Source of the DNA: an uncultured Chloroflexia bacterium
Lineage (GTDB): Bacteria > Chloroflexota > Anaerolineae > B4-G1 > SLSP01
Length of the DNA stretch: 64,000 nt
Assembly: GCA_963751345.1 (NCBI GenBank)
Contig: CAVVUS010000018.1
Location: 256,001-320,000, forward strand
Direction of reading: 5' to 3'
Position numbers and translations under genes: made by a program
In this document: piece after piece, positions 45,269-54,017 of the stretch
Layout of the letters: every line of letters begins with the position of its first letter
How positions within the stretch are numbered: the first letter of the stretch is position 1
The notes under the pieces: generated by a model
Database searches by the model: none
What the model saw: only the letters and a program-made list of their open reading frames with translations
What the model was told of the DNA's origin: nothing

Positions 45269-45985
45269 CTAGGCTGTCTCCATAGCGAGTGCGGCTGTGG
45301 GATCGACCTTGATGCCGGGCCCCATAGTGGGGGCCAGGGTAATGCGGCGAATAAAGAGACCCTTCGCCGCGGGTGGGCGAGCGCGTCGCAGCGTGCTCAT
45401 AATGGCAGCCAGATTCCCAAGCAGTTGCTCCTCGGTGAAGCTCACTTTGCCGATGGGGCAGTGAATGTTGCCCGATCGGTCCAGGCGATACTCCACCCGG
45501 CCGGCCTTCGCCTCGTCAACCACGCGCGCCAGATCGTCGTCTGGCACAACGGTGCCCGTCTTTGGCGTGGGCATCAAGCCTCGTGGACCAAGGACGCGGC
45601 CCAACCGCCCGACGTGACGCATCATATCGGGGACGGCGATGGCGACGTCGAAGTCCGTCCAACCATTCAGAATCCGCTGAACGCCTTCATCGTCGCCGAT
45701 GACGTAGTCAGCACCTGCATCAGAGGCAATGCGAGCGGCCTCTCCGGCTGCAAAGACCAAGACGCGTACCGACCTACCCAGCCCGTTCGGCAGACGGACC
45801 ACACCACGAATCGTCTGATCCGCACGACGCGGATCAAGGGTCGTCTTCAGGTGTAGCTCAACGGTACCGTCAAAGGACGTGTAGCTGACATCCTTGACTA
45901 ACTTGATCGCCTGATCCACATCATAGATGCGATCTCGATCGACCTTTGCGGCGGCCTCCAGGTACTTCTTGCCTACTTTTCCCAT
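45269..45985 (-). CDS. rplA: 50S ribosomal protein uL1
   Basis: [30 protein letters not shown] and TMGPG. Confidence 0.97.
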   Translation of the reverse strand: MGKVGKKYLEAAAKVDRDRIYDVDQAIKLVKDVSYTSFDGTVELHLKTTLDPRRADQTIRGVVRLPNGLGRSVRVLVFAAGEAARIASDAGADYVIGDDEGVQRILNGWTDFDVAIAVPDMMRHVGRLGRVLGPRGLMPTPKTGTVVPDDDLARVVDEAKAGRVEYRLDRSGNIHCPIGKVSFTEEQLLGNLAAIMSTLRRARPPAAKGLFIRRITLAPTMGPGIKVDPTAALAMETA

Positions 45986-45997
45986 ATCTTGCTCCTC

Positions 45998-46024
45998 GTG
46001 GTACTAGCGGGTTTCCCCTCCCAC
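45998..46024 (-). promoter_or_regulatory. Putative L1-binding mRNA element between rplK and rplA
   Basis: GTGGGAG-GGG-gaaa-CCC-GCTAGT-ACCAC stem with an asymmetric internal loop, directly before the rplA RBS. Confidence 0.65.
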
Positions 46025-46061
46025 CGGGTGAGTGAGCCGTCCCGTAGGACACTCGTTCCAA

Positions 46062-46490
46062 TCAGTCGCGGATACGGATCCCCATGCTGCGCGCGGTGCC
46101 CGCAACCTGAAGCTCTGCGCCCTCGACATTGATGGCATTCAGATCCCGCATCTTCGTCTCGGCGATCTCCCTGAGCTGCTGTTTGGTGATGGCGCCGACT
46201 TTGTCACGATTGGGCTCTGCCGAACCCTTGGCAACTCCTGCGGCTTTGCGCAGCAGATCTGCCGTGGGCGGGGTCTTGAGCTCAAACGTGAATGACGAAT
46301 CCTGATAGATCGTGATTTCGGCCGGAATGATGCTGCCGGTCAGGTGAGCCGTCTTGGCATTATACTCTTTGCAGAACCCCATCAGGTTGATTCCGTGCTG
46401 AGCCAGCGCCGGCCCGATAGGCGGTGCCGGATTGGCCCTTCCTGCCTGGATCTGCAGCTTTACTACTGCTTTTATCTTTTTCTTTGCCAT
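46062..46490 (-). CDS. rplK: 50S ribosomal protein uL11
   Basis: [25 protein letters not shown] and GTARSMG. Confidence 0.97.
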   Translation of the reverse strand: MAKKKIKAVVKLQIQAGRANPAPPIGPALAQHGINLMGFCKEYNAKTAHLTGSIIPAEITIYQDSSFTFELKTPPTADLLRKAAGVAKGSAEPNRDKVGAITKQQLREIAETKMRDLNAINVEGAELQVAGTARSMGIRIRD

Positions 46491-46579
46491 TCTCTCAACA
46501 CTCCCTCGATCTGAGCCTTGGGGGAAGATCGTTATGCGCTTCCCGACCTACCCAGGTGTGTACTTTGTAGCTTGCTAGA

Positions 46580-47380
46580 CTAGGACCTCTCCACCTGCAG
46601 AAAATCCAGCTCTACCGGCGTCTCGCGGCCAAAGAAAGAAACCAGCACGCGGACCTTTGTCCGCTCCTCATCGATGTCATCCACAACACCGATAAAGTCC
46701 GCAAACGGTCCCTCGACAATGCGCACCTTCTGCCCTCGTTTGAAGGTGGCACGCACTTCCGGAGCCGTAGATTCCATGCGGCGCAAAATGCGCTGCACGG
46801 CTTCGGACCGCAGCGGGGTGGGGTGATTGCCCATGCCAACAAAACCGGTGACACCAGGTGTATTGCGCACGACATACCAGGAGTCATCGGAAAGCTGCAT
46901 CTGAACCATCAGATACCCCGGGTAGAGGCAGCGCTCAACGGTTCGACGTTTGCCGTCCTTAAGCTCGATCTCCTCGACCGTGGGAACGACCACCTGGAAG
47001 ATGAAGTCCTGCATGCCCATCGACTCAATCCGCTGTTCCAGGTTGTGCCTCACCTTGTGCTCGTAACCCGAGTAGCAGTGGATGATGAACCAGGCACGCT
47101 CATCTACCGACTCCTTCACCTCTTCATCGGCGAAGGGGTCGGGAAGGACTCCGACTTCCTCGGCCTGTTCCTCAAATAGAAGCGGGGGGAGTGCCTCTTG
47201 CGACTCCTCTTCTTCCTCTTCGTCGGTCTTGGACAGCATATCTGCCCCTAGACGCTCGAAAATGGCCTCGGGGGACAACTCGAGATCTGGCAGCGGACCC
47301 AGTCCGTCGTCAGCCTCGTCGAGGATCTGATCCTCGTTCTCTTCTTCTACGGTATGCTCTTCTGATACCAAGTGCTTCAA
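46580..47380 (-). CDS. nusG: Transcription termination/antitermination factor NusG with acidic N-terminal extension
   Basis: WFIIHCYSGYE, YPGY, VRNTPGVTGFVG and the KOW motif GPFADF...FGRETPVEL; exact start uncertain. Confidence 0.95.
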   Translation of the reverse strand: MKHLVSEEHTVEEENEDQILDEADDGLGPLPDLELSPEAIFERLGADMLSKTDEEEEEESQEALPPLLFEEQAEEVGVLPDPFADEEVKESVDERAWFIIHCYSGYEHKVRHNLEQRIESMGMQDFIFQVVVPTVEEIELKDGKRRTVERCLYPGYLMVQMQLSDDSWYVVRNTPGVTGFVGMGNHPTPLRSEAVQRILRRMESTAPEVRATFKRGQKVRIVEGPFADFIGVVDDIDEERTKVRVLVSFFGRETPVELDFLQVERS

Positions 47381-47670
47381 ACCTCGTCGTTCTGACCAAC
47401 CAGGTAGACCGCAGCGACCAACGCGATAGCGACGACTACCCCTACAATCATATAGATCGCGTTACCGCCGATGACCTTACCGAGCAGCCATCCGAAGAAA
47501 AAGTCCAGTGCACCCAGAAAAACTGCCATGCCAAACGTCACGGCAAAGACGATCTGGGTCATCGACCACCCCTGCTCTAGGGTAGGCCAGCGAACCTTGC
47601 GCAGCTCCACTCGGGTAGAGCGGAAATACGCAACGATCGCGTTGTCTTTCTTCTCCTTCGCATTAGCCAC
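47377..47670 (-). CDS. secE: Preprotein translocase subunit SecE
   Basis: ELRKVRWPT plus TM segments; lies between tRNA-Trp and nusG. Confidence 0.92.
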   Translation of the reverse strand: MANAKEKKDNAIVAYFRSTRVELRKVRWPTLEQGWSMTQIVFAVTFGMAVFLGALDFFFGWLLGKVIGGNAIYMIVGVVVAIALVAAVYLVGQNDEV

Positions 47671-47720
47671 GGACGCCTCCGCACGATCAACCTATAATGC
47701 GCCTATTGCGCTTACATTTC

Positions 47721-47748
47721 AAGACACCGCCTGACTGGGCGGTGTCTT
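47721..47748. terminator. Hairpin downstream of the tRNA cluster
   Basis: AAGACACCGCC-tgactg-GGCGGTGTCTT perfect 11-bp stem. Confidence 0.55.
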
Positions 47749-47758
47749 GTCTTCAAGG

Positions 47759-47831
47759 CAGGCGAGGCAGGAATTGAACCCGCAACCTACGGTTTTGGAG
47801 ACCGTTGCTCTGCCAATTGAGCTACTCGCCT
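47759..47831 (-). tRNA. tRNA-Trp (CCA)
   Basis: Cloverleaf AGGCGAG...ACGGT-CT-CCA-AA-ACCGT...GGTTCAATTCC...CTCGCCT. Confidence 0.95.
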
Positions 47832-47872
47832 ACGAAAATCTGCTCCATAAAGGCGTTCCATTCTGCGCCTTG

Positions 47873-47945
47873 AGCCCATGATCAGATTTGAACTGATGAC
47901 CCCTTTCTTACCAAGAAAGTGCTCTACCGACTGAGCTACATGGGC
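47873..47945 (-). tRNA. tRNA-Thr (GGT)
   Basis: GCCCATG...CTTTC-TT-GGT-AA-GAAAG...AGTTCAAATCT...CATGGGC. Confidence 0.95.
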
Positions 47946-47951
47946 AAATAA

Positions 47952-48038
47952 TGGTGGGCAGTGAGGGACTCGAACCCCCGAAGGCGTTACGCCAGCGGAT
48001 TTACAGTCCGCCTCCTTTGCCGCTCGGATCAACTGCCC
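47952..48038 (-). tRNA. tRNA-Tyr (GTA)
   Basis: GCGGA-CT-GTA-AA-TCCGC anticodon arm, long variable arm, encoded CCA. Confidence 0.95.
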
Positions 48039-48043
48039 GGACA

Positions 48044-48116
48044 AGCCGACGGTGGGAATCGAACCCACAACCCTCCGCTTACAAGGCGGATGCTCCGCCG
48101 TTTGAGCTACGTCGGC
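48044..48116 (-). tRNA. tRNA-Thr (TGT)
   Basis: GCCGACG...TCCGC-CT-TGT-AA-GCGGA...GGTTCGATTCC...CGTCGGC. Confidence 0.95.
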
Positions 48117-48124
48117 GCATTGCG

Positions 48125-48152
48125 ATTATAACACGGCCGACACTCGGGTCAA
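48125..48152 (-). promoter_or_regulatory. Sigma70 promoter of the tRNA cluster
   Basis: TTGACC-16 nt-TATAAT with an extended TG. Confidence 0.75.
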
Positions 48153-48230
48153 GGATTCTCCCAAACCGCAGCAGGCGATAGTATACACGATACGGTGTTG
48201 TTGTCAACCAAAAACGCGCTTTGCGGTGGG

Positions 48231-49526
48231 CTACCCGTACCGCAGCCCGAGGTCCACGCGACGGTCCAACACCGCCTCCAGCTCCTGGGTCGTCTTGGCC
48301 TCAATGGGGTCATACTTGATGCCCGGATAGTGTTCATCGAAGAAGGCTTTCAGATCATCCTGCCACAGATGGGGATTGACGACGGTGACAGCGCGTTCCT
48401 CCAAGCCCGGCCCGTAGGCAGCGTCGTCGGCGCTGAACCCGATCGTCACCTTGAAGGTCTCCCAGTAGTGGCGGCACGCGGCGATCCAGCTCCACGTAGC
48501 GCTCTGGGGGAGGAGCATGTAGTGCCGGCTATAGGCGACGCGCGGCTCGTGGGGCGGGGGCTCATCGGGTGGCGTGGGAATGGGTGGCGGCGTGGGGGTT
48601 GGGGTCTCGGTCGGTGGTGCGACCTTCTCCTCCGGCCACGTAGGATCCGAGGTGTTCTTGATCGAGACCGCGTGGTCGACGAGGCCTGGAAGGAATCTGC
48701 CGAAGTCGTAATTGTCCCAGGAGCCTGCGCTGCCCAGCGTGAAGAGGTGCGCGCCGACGACATAGTAGTCCTCGCGGAGCCTGGCATCGTACCACTTCAT
48801 CTGGTCCAGCCACTCCTTCTCGGAGAGCAGCGGGAGATCCTTCGCGACGTTCACCTCGGTGAGGAAGAGGGGGATGACCTCATTGCGGGGGATGAGGAAG
48901 TCCTCATACCACCACCGGTAACGGCACGCCAGCGGGCCGCGGTTGGGATAGGTGGGGCGCCCGGGCAACGGCTCGCCATACCACCGGTTCATCGGGTTAG
49001 CGTACTCGTGGAGCGACAGTGCGTGTCCGCCGGCCTTGGCCTGGCCGAAGACGCCGGTCTCAGCCACGGCCTTCATCTCGTCCCATTCGGGCACGCCCAT
49101 GCTGTAGGAAAAGAGGGCCAGGTGATAGCCTTCCTCATCGGCGATGTCCATGCAATGCATCATGAACTCAGCCAGGCGGCGATGACCATCGGTCCCCACC
49201 GGGTCCTGCTCGTTGATGATCTCCCAGAAATCGACATAACTGCGGTGCGGTTCCCAGCGAGGCAGCAGACTGTCCATCACCTTTTGGGCGCTCTCCGCGA
49301 GATCCCCGTTCAGATCCGGTCCCTCGACGTTGACGCGCGGATCGGTGCCCCGCATGAAACGCCCTACAGTGATCACATCGCTGTCAAGCGCTTTGATGTC
49401 CGCAAGCCACCCCACAGAGATCACGGCCTTGACCGTGGTCATATGTGTGCCGCCCTGAAGTAACTGCTGGATCACGGCGGGGGTCTCGCCGGGCATGATC
49501 CCGTGGATTCCTAGCTTGCTCGGCAT
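48231..49526 (-). CDS. Hypothetical protein: glycoside hydrolase-like barrel, Pro/Thr linker and C-terminal domain
   Basis: AAGGAG RBS; EIINE, LSLHEY, LFLTE and GAHLF; PTPTPPP linker. Confidence 0.7.
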   Translation of the reverse strand: MPSKLGIHGIMPGETPAVIQQLLQGGTHMTTVKAVISVGWLADIKALDSDVITVGRFMRGTDPRVNVEGPDLNGDLAESAQKVMDSLLPRWEPHRSYVDFWEIINEQDPVGTDGHRRLAEFMMHCMDIADEEGYHLALFSYSMGVPEWDEMKAVAETGVFGQAKAGGHALSLHEYANPMNRWYGEPLPGRPTYPNRGPLACRYRWWYEDFLIPRNEVIPLFLTEVNVAKDLPLLSEKEWLDQMKWYDARLREDYYVVGAHLFTLGSAGSWDNYDFGRFLPGLVDHAVSIKNTSDPTWPEEKVAPPTETPTPTPPPIPTPPDEPPPHEPRVAYSRHYMLLPQSATWSWIAACRHYWETFKVTIGFSADDAAYGPGLEERAVTVVNPHLWQDDLKAFFDEHYPGIKYDPIEAKTTQELEAVLDRRVDLGLRYG

Positions 49527-49570
49527 GTTGTCTCTCCTTGTCGTCGGCGTCGAGGGGGAAGGAGCTCTGC

Positions 49571-51187
49571 CTAGCCCAGATCTTCCGCCCAATAGTATTG
49601 GTCGAACAGGTGGACGAGGTTCTTGGGATTGTCGGCCAGCAGCTGCCCGAAGGTGATCTCCTCGATCTTTCGTGGCGCACCTGGGGCGTTGGGTAGATAG
49701 GCGGCCTCCTGGGCCTGTCGCTCGGTGGGGAAGGCAATCCACTGCCCCAAGTCGTCGCGAAAGGCGTAGACCTTGCCGCGGGCCATCGCGTGGACATCGC
49801 CGGTCGTCTCACGGAAGGGCCGGATGCGTGCCTCCGAGGCGTCATGCTCCTCCAGGAATGAGAGCCAGGCAGCCTTCATCTGCACGGCGACCTCGGGATG
49901 GGCGTCGATGATGTTGTGAGCCTGCTCGGGGTCATCCTCGAGGTTGTAGAGCTCCGACGGCATTCCCCAGGGCATACAGATGTAGGCCCAACGGTCATTC
50001 GTGACGGTGCCCGGCTCCACCGTCCGCTCCGAGCCGACCCACCCATCGAAGGCGGCGCCATCCACGGTGCCGGCTCCCTGCGGATACCGATTCGAGAAGG
50101 CGTAGTCCCGGCCCTGCGATGCCTCTCCGCGCACCAGGGGCCAGAACGAGCGCCCCTCGACGATGTCGGGCACAGGCACCTCCATGAACTCCAGAATTGA
50201 CGGCAGCAGGTCCGGGGGTTGGACGATGCCCGGAATGTGCTCACCGGCGCCCAGACCGGCGGGATGGTGGACCAACAGCGGGATGCGAGTCGTTTCCTCG
50301 TAGAGCCGCCCCATCTCCGCACCGGGCTTGCCCTGCAGGTCGTGCTCGCCGAAGAGGTGCCCGTGATCGGTGGTCCAGAGGATCAACGTGTCATCGAAGA
50401 GGTGTAGCCGCTCAGCCATGTCCAGGAACGCACCCACCCAGCGGTCCACCAGCGTGGCACAGCCGGCGTAGCGGGCCCTTATATCGCGCTGCTCCGCCTC
50501 GGTCAGATAGGTTGGGCGCCCATACTGAGGATAGGTGATCTCATCGCCCCGGTAATCCGGCGCCGCGTAATGCTCGTAGTCGTACCACGGACTGTCAAAG
50601 GGCTCGTGCGGATCCCACATATCCACGTAGAGGAAGAAGCGCTCGTGATTGTAGTTGGTCTCGAGCCATTCGATGGCCTGGGACATCGTGCGCGCGACCG
50701 GGAACTGGCGCTCGTGGCGCCGGTCGAAGTGATTGCGCAGATAGCCGTCCAGGCTCTTGAGCGACTTGATCTTGTGCGGCTGAGCGGGGAACCTGACGGG
50801 GAGGTCGGGGTTGGTAATCCAGGGATCGTTCTTCTGCCCGTGGACGAACTCGATGCCCTGGAACCCGCGCGTGTAGTTGTAGTCGTGCATCCCCAGCATC
50901 GGAGTATCCCAGATCATCTGGGTGTGCACCCCCTGGCGGGCCAGCATCTGGGCGAGCGTCGTGTCGCGCTGTTGCAGTGGCTCCCAGCCGCGTGTTGGGA
51001 AGCCGAAGCGCCCCACCGCCATATCCCAGCGGTTTGGTACGGTGGGGTATGAGGCGATGTAGTATTGATCGAAGGCCATCGACCGTTCGGCAAAGGTGTC
51101 CAGATTCGGCGTTTCGATCCAGTCATTGCCGTAGCAGCCCAGGTGGTCGCGGCGGAAAGTGTCGTTGACGATCAGGATGACGTTCAT
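49571..51187 (-). CDS. Sulfatase-fold (alkaline phosphatase superfamily) hydrolase with TxPxR motif
   Basis: DTFRRDHLGCYG, TPNLD, SYPTVPNR, DPHEP, TTDHG and ELYNL; ATG 51187. Confidence 0.88.
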   Translation of the reverse strand: MNVILIVNDTFRRDHLGCYGNDWIETPNLDTFAERSMAFDQYYIASYPTVPNRWDMAVGRFGFPTRGWEPLQQRDTTLAQMLARQGVHTQMIWDTPMLGMHDYNYTRGFQGIEFVHGQKNDPWITNPDLPVRFPAQPHKIKSLKSLDGYLRNHFDRRHERQFPVARTMSQAIEWLETNYNHERFFLYVDMWDPHEPFDSPWYDYEHYAAPDYRGDEITYPQYGRPTYLTEAEQRDIRARYAGCATLVDRWVGAFLDMAERLHLFDDTLILWTTDHGHLFGEHDLQGKPGAEMGRLYEETTRIPLLVHHPAGLGAGEHIPGIVQPPDLLPSILEFMEVPVPDIVEGRSFWPLVRGEASQGRDYAFSNRYPQGAGTVDGAAFDGWVGSERTVEPGTVTNDRWAYICMPWGMPSELYNLEDDPEQAHNIIDAHPEVAVQMKAAWLSFLEEHDASEARIRPFRETTGDVHAMARGKVYAFRDDLGQWIAFPTERQAQEAAYLPNAPGAPRKIEEITFGQLLADNPKNLVHLFDQYYWAEDLG

Positions 51188-51192
51188 CCGGC

Positions 51193-52011
51193 CTACCTCA
51201 GCCACTCCCGCATCTTCTCGATGTATTGGGGGAAGGCGATCTCGGGCTCGGCCAGAGCGGGGATCCAGCGCTTCTCCCATTCGAGGATGGCATAGCCGTC
51301 GTACCCTCCGGCTACCAGCAGATCGAGCATGGCCTTCAGCGGCACATCTCCCTCGCCGAGAAGGACGTACTGGTGCCCGCCATCCGCCGTCGGTTTCGAG
51401 TCTTTGACGTGCGTGCTGACGGTGTAGGGCGCGAGGTTCTCATAGGTGAATTCGGCCGGCTCCCCGTTGGTACGATAGGGGTGGTGCAGATCCCAAAGGA
51501 CCCGGACCCTTGGATGATCTACCTCGCGCATCAACCGCGCGAAGACGGCGGAGTCCGTCCAGTCGTCGTGCGTCTCGAGCGCCAGGGTGATGCCGAACCC
51601 CTCGGCCTCGTCCCCGATGGCCCGCAGGTTCTTGACCAGGGTGGGGAGAATGGTCTCCACCGTGTGACCCTCCGGCACCTTTCCGCCGTAGACCCTCAGG
51701 ACCGGCGCGCCCAGCTCGGCAGCCAGCGCCATATTGCGCCGTGCCTCCTCGAAGTTCCCCTCCAGCTCATCGGCATCAACGACGGCGAAGCGTGCTGAGG
51801 TGGCAATCCCCGAGACGGCAATACCGTGGTCGGCGAGCAACCGCTTCGTCGCTGCAAGGTCCGAGGTGAACTCCGGGCACGTCGTGATATCCAGCGCATC
51901 CAGCAGCCCGCGGAAATCGATACCGTCATATCCCATTTTGGCGGCGTTCTCGACAATTTCGCGGAGCGTCCATCCCGGACAGCCAAGCGTTGTGAACGAT
52001 AGGGGCAGCAT
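51193..52011 (-). CDS. Sugar phosphate isomerase/epimerase (xylose isomerase-like TIM barrel)
   Basis: TLGCP, LETHD, WDLHH, HVKD, GEGD and LEWEK; AAGGAG RBS. Confidence 0.88.
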   Translation of the reverse strand: MLPLSFTTLGCPGWTLREIVENAAKMGYDGIDFRGLLDALDITTCPEFTSDLAATKRLLADHGIAVSGIATSARFAVVDADELEGNFEEARRNMALAAELGAPVLRVYGGKVPEGHTVETILPTLVKNLRAIGDEAEGFGITLALETHDDWTDSAVFARLMREVDHPRVRVLWDLHHPYRTNGEPAEFTYENLAPYTVSTHVKDSKPTADGGHQYVLLGEGDVPLKAMLDLLVAGGYDGYAILEWEKRWIPALAEPEIAFPQYIEKMREWLR

Positions 52012-52097
52012 GGTGACTCCTTTGTGATGCGATTGAGCGAACGATCGAGAAAGCGAATGGCGATCCGTGGCTCGGGTCGCCATTCGCCAATGGTGGG

Positions 52098-53567
52098 TCA
52101 GTTGAAGACGTCCAACGCGGCGTCGGGCGCGTCGATCTCGTGCAACCACGCAATGAGCTTCGCGTGCATGTCGGCACCGACCTCCGCCTGATCGGCGATC
52201 ACGTTCGTCTCGGCATAGGGATCGGTTTCGAGATCAAATAGCTCCGCAGTTCCCTCCTGCCCGATGGGGGCGTAGGCCCATTTCTGTGTGTAGACAACGG
52301 GGGTGTTCGCGGTCGACGGTACTTCCCCGTCTTGGTTGCGAAGGAAGGATCCGCAGATCGCCCAGTCGCGGATAGCAGGCTGCGCCTCGCCTCTCAGGCC
52401 GGACGCAAAGGAGCGACCATGGAAAGGCACCGGCGGCGTCACCTGCAGGCCGTTGAGCTCCAGCAGCGTGGGCAGGATGTCGGCCGGCTGAGCCAGCAGA
52501 TCGACCGTCGTCCCACCCTGTAGCCCCGGCGCTGCAATCAGGAAGGGAATATGGGCGAGCTCGGGGTAGAGAGGCCAGCGCCGCTCGTCCCGGTCGTTGA
52601 TGTTGCTCTTCCCGGTGCGGTCGTGCTCTCCCAGGCTCATGCCGTGGTCGGTGGTGAAGATGACGATGGTGGAGTCCCAGAGCGCCAAGTCATCCACTTT
52701 CTGGAGAATACGGCCGACCCAGCGGTCGATCAGTTCGGCCTCCGCACAGTAGTGCGCGCGCAGATTGCGCAGTTCGTCGGGCGTGTAATCACTCGCGTGA
52801 CCATAGTTCGGGTGCAACATCGGTGCGCCGGTATAGCCGGGGTTGTACTTCCTCACCATATACTCCGGCGGGTCCCAGGGCTCGTGGGGGTCGAAGAAAT
52901 CTACCCAGAGGAGGAAAGGACGAAAATCGTCGTTTTCCTCCAGCCATCGCGCCACATGTGCTGAAGTACGGTACGGGAACGAGTCCTCCTCACAGCGGTA
53001 GTAGCGGTTTGTCCAGCGATGAAGGTCGACCAGGACGTGATCCTGGAAGTGATGGCCCGCGCGTGTCTTTTCCCGTGCCATGACGGGCTGGATGGGGTCG
53101 TTCATATGCAGGAACGGCATGTCGCCTTCCTGCCCGCGGACCTGGTAAGCACCGTTGAAGGCGCGGTTAAAGCCGAAGTTGAAAAGATGGGGACAGTCAC
53201 AGATGAGTTGGGTAACGTAGCCCTCTTTGTTGAGCAGTTGGGGCATGACGTTTTCCTCGGCCAACTGCTGCCAGGGGATCCAGGGCCAGCCAAAGCGCCC
53301 TGAGATCAGGTCCGTTCTCTCGGGTATCGTGGGGAAGCTGCCCGTGTAGAAGTTCGACATGCTGACCGCACGCTCGGAGAACGCGTCGAGGTTGGGAGTC
53401 GCGACCGGCATAGCCGCACGGTCGAAAAGGTTGTCGTAGCGATAGGTATCAGAGTTGACGATGATGATATTGTAGGGTCGGTCAGGCGTCTGGGACGGGT
53501 GAATTTCCTTGGTTCGTGCGTCCTGGTATTCCGGACCGGTCAGTTTCTTAGGTCCTTGGACGGACAT
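52098..53567 (-). CDS. Second sulfatase-fold hydrolase with TxPxR motif
   Basis: SDTYRYD, TPNLD, SFPTIPER, DPHEP, TTDHG and ELFDL. Confidence 0.88.
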   Translation of the reverse strand: MSVQGPKKLTGPEYQDARTKEIHPSQTPDRPYNIIIVNSDTYRYDNLFDRAAMPVATPNLDAFSERAVSMSNFYTGSFPTIPERTDLISGRFGWPWIPWQQLAEENVMPQLLNKEGYVTQLICDCPHLFNFGFNRAFNGAYQVRGQEGDMPFLHMNDPIQPVMAREKTRAGHHFQDHVLVDLHRWTNRYYRCEEDSFPYRTSAHVARWLEENDDFRPFLLWVDFFDPHEPWDPPEYMVRKYNPGYTGAPMLHPNYGHASDYTPDELRNLRAHYCAEAELIDRWVGRILQKVDDLALWDSTIVIFTTDHGMSLGEHDRTGKSNINDRDERRWPLYPELAHIPFLIAAPGLQGGTTVDLLAQPADILPTLLELNGLQVTPPVPFHGRSFASGLRGEAQPAIRDWAICGSFLRNQDGEVPSTANTPVVYTQKWAYAPIGQEGTAELFDLETDPYAETNVIADQAEVGADMHAKLIAWLHEIDAPDAALDVFN

Positions 53568-53612
53568 AAGGCTGCCTCCTTTATTCGGTAGGGTTTGTGC
53601 ATGGAGACTGCG

Positions 53613-53984
53613 TCACTGCCTGGGCATACCACGGCTGGCGACGATGTCAATGCCCGTGTCGAGGGCGTTCTCCAGGATGACCTGGTCGGCGACGATGGGC
53701 GCCTCGACCTCGATCTGACGGATCCTCGCCAGCAGGTCGAAGATCATCGGTTTGGGAAAGGGCGCCTTGGTATAAACCGGAACCAATGGGTGAAGTCCGC
53801 CTTTGACACGCACCGTGGTGGCGACCATACGGCGCGGGTCGGTCAGCTCGCGTTGCACGTAGGCCAGCCCGCGGTTGCACGTGTTGCCCTCGACGTGGAG
53901 GACGGTGTCGCCATCGTGGGTGACCTCAAGGGAACACCCCATCGGGCATGTGATACAGATCAGGCTCTCGGTGATCTCGGTCAT
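53613..53984 (-). CDS. Small CxxC protein (DUF1667-like) of the glycerol-3-phosphate oxidoreductase cluster
   Basis: CITCPMGC, GNTCNRG and PRRMVATTV. Confidence 0.85.
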   Translation of the reverse strand: MTEITESLICITCPMGCSLEVTHDGDTVLHVEGNTCNRGLAYVQRELTDPRRMVATTVRVKGGLHPLVPVYTKAPFPKPMIFDLLARIRQIEVEAPIVADQVILENALDTGIDIVASRGMPRQ

Positions 53985-54017
53985 GCTTTGCGGCTGTCCT
54001 TTCTCTTACCCCTCGAG

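Noticed and set aside
47759-48230. tRNA cluster as an integration site for an island or prophage
   Set aside because: No integrase, no duplicated tRNA 3' end and no phage genes in the window.
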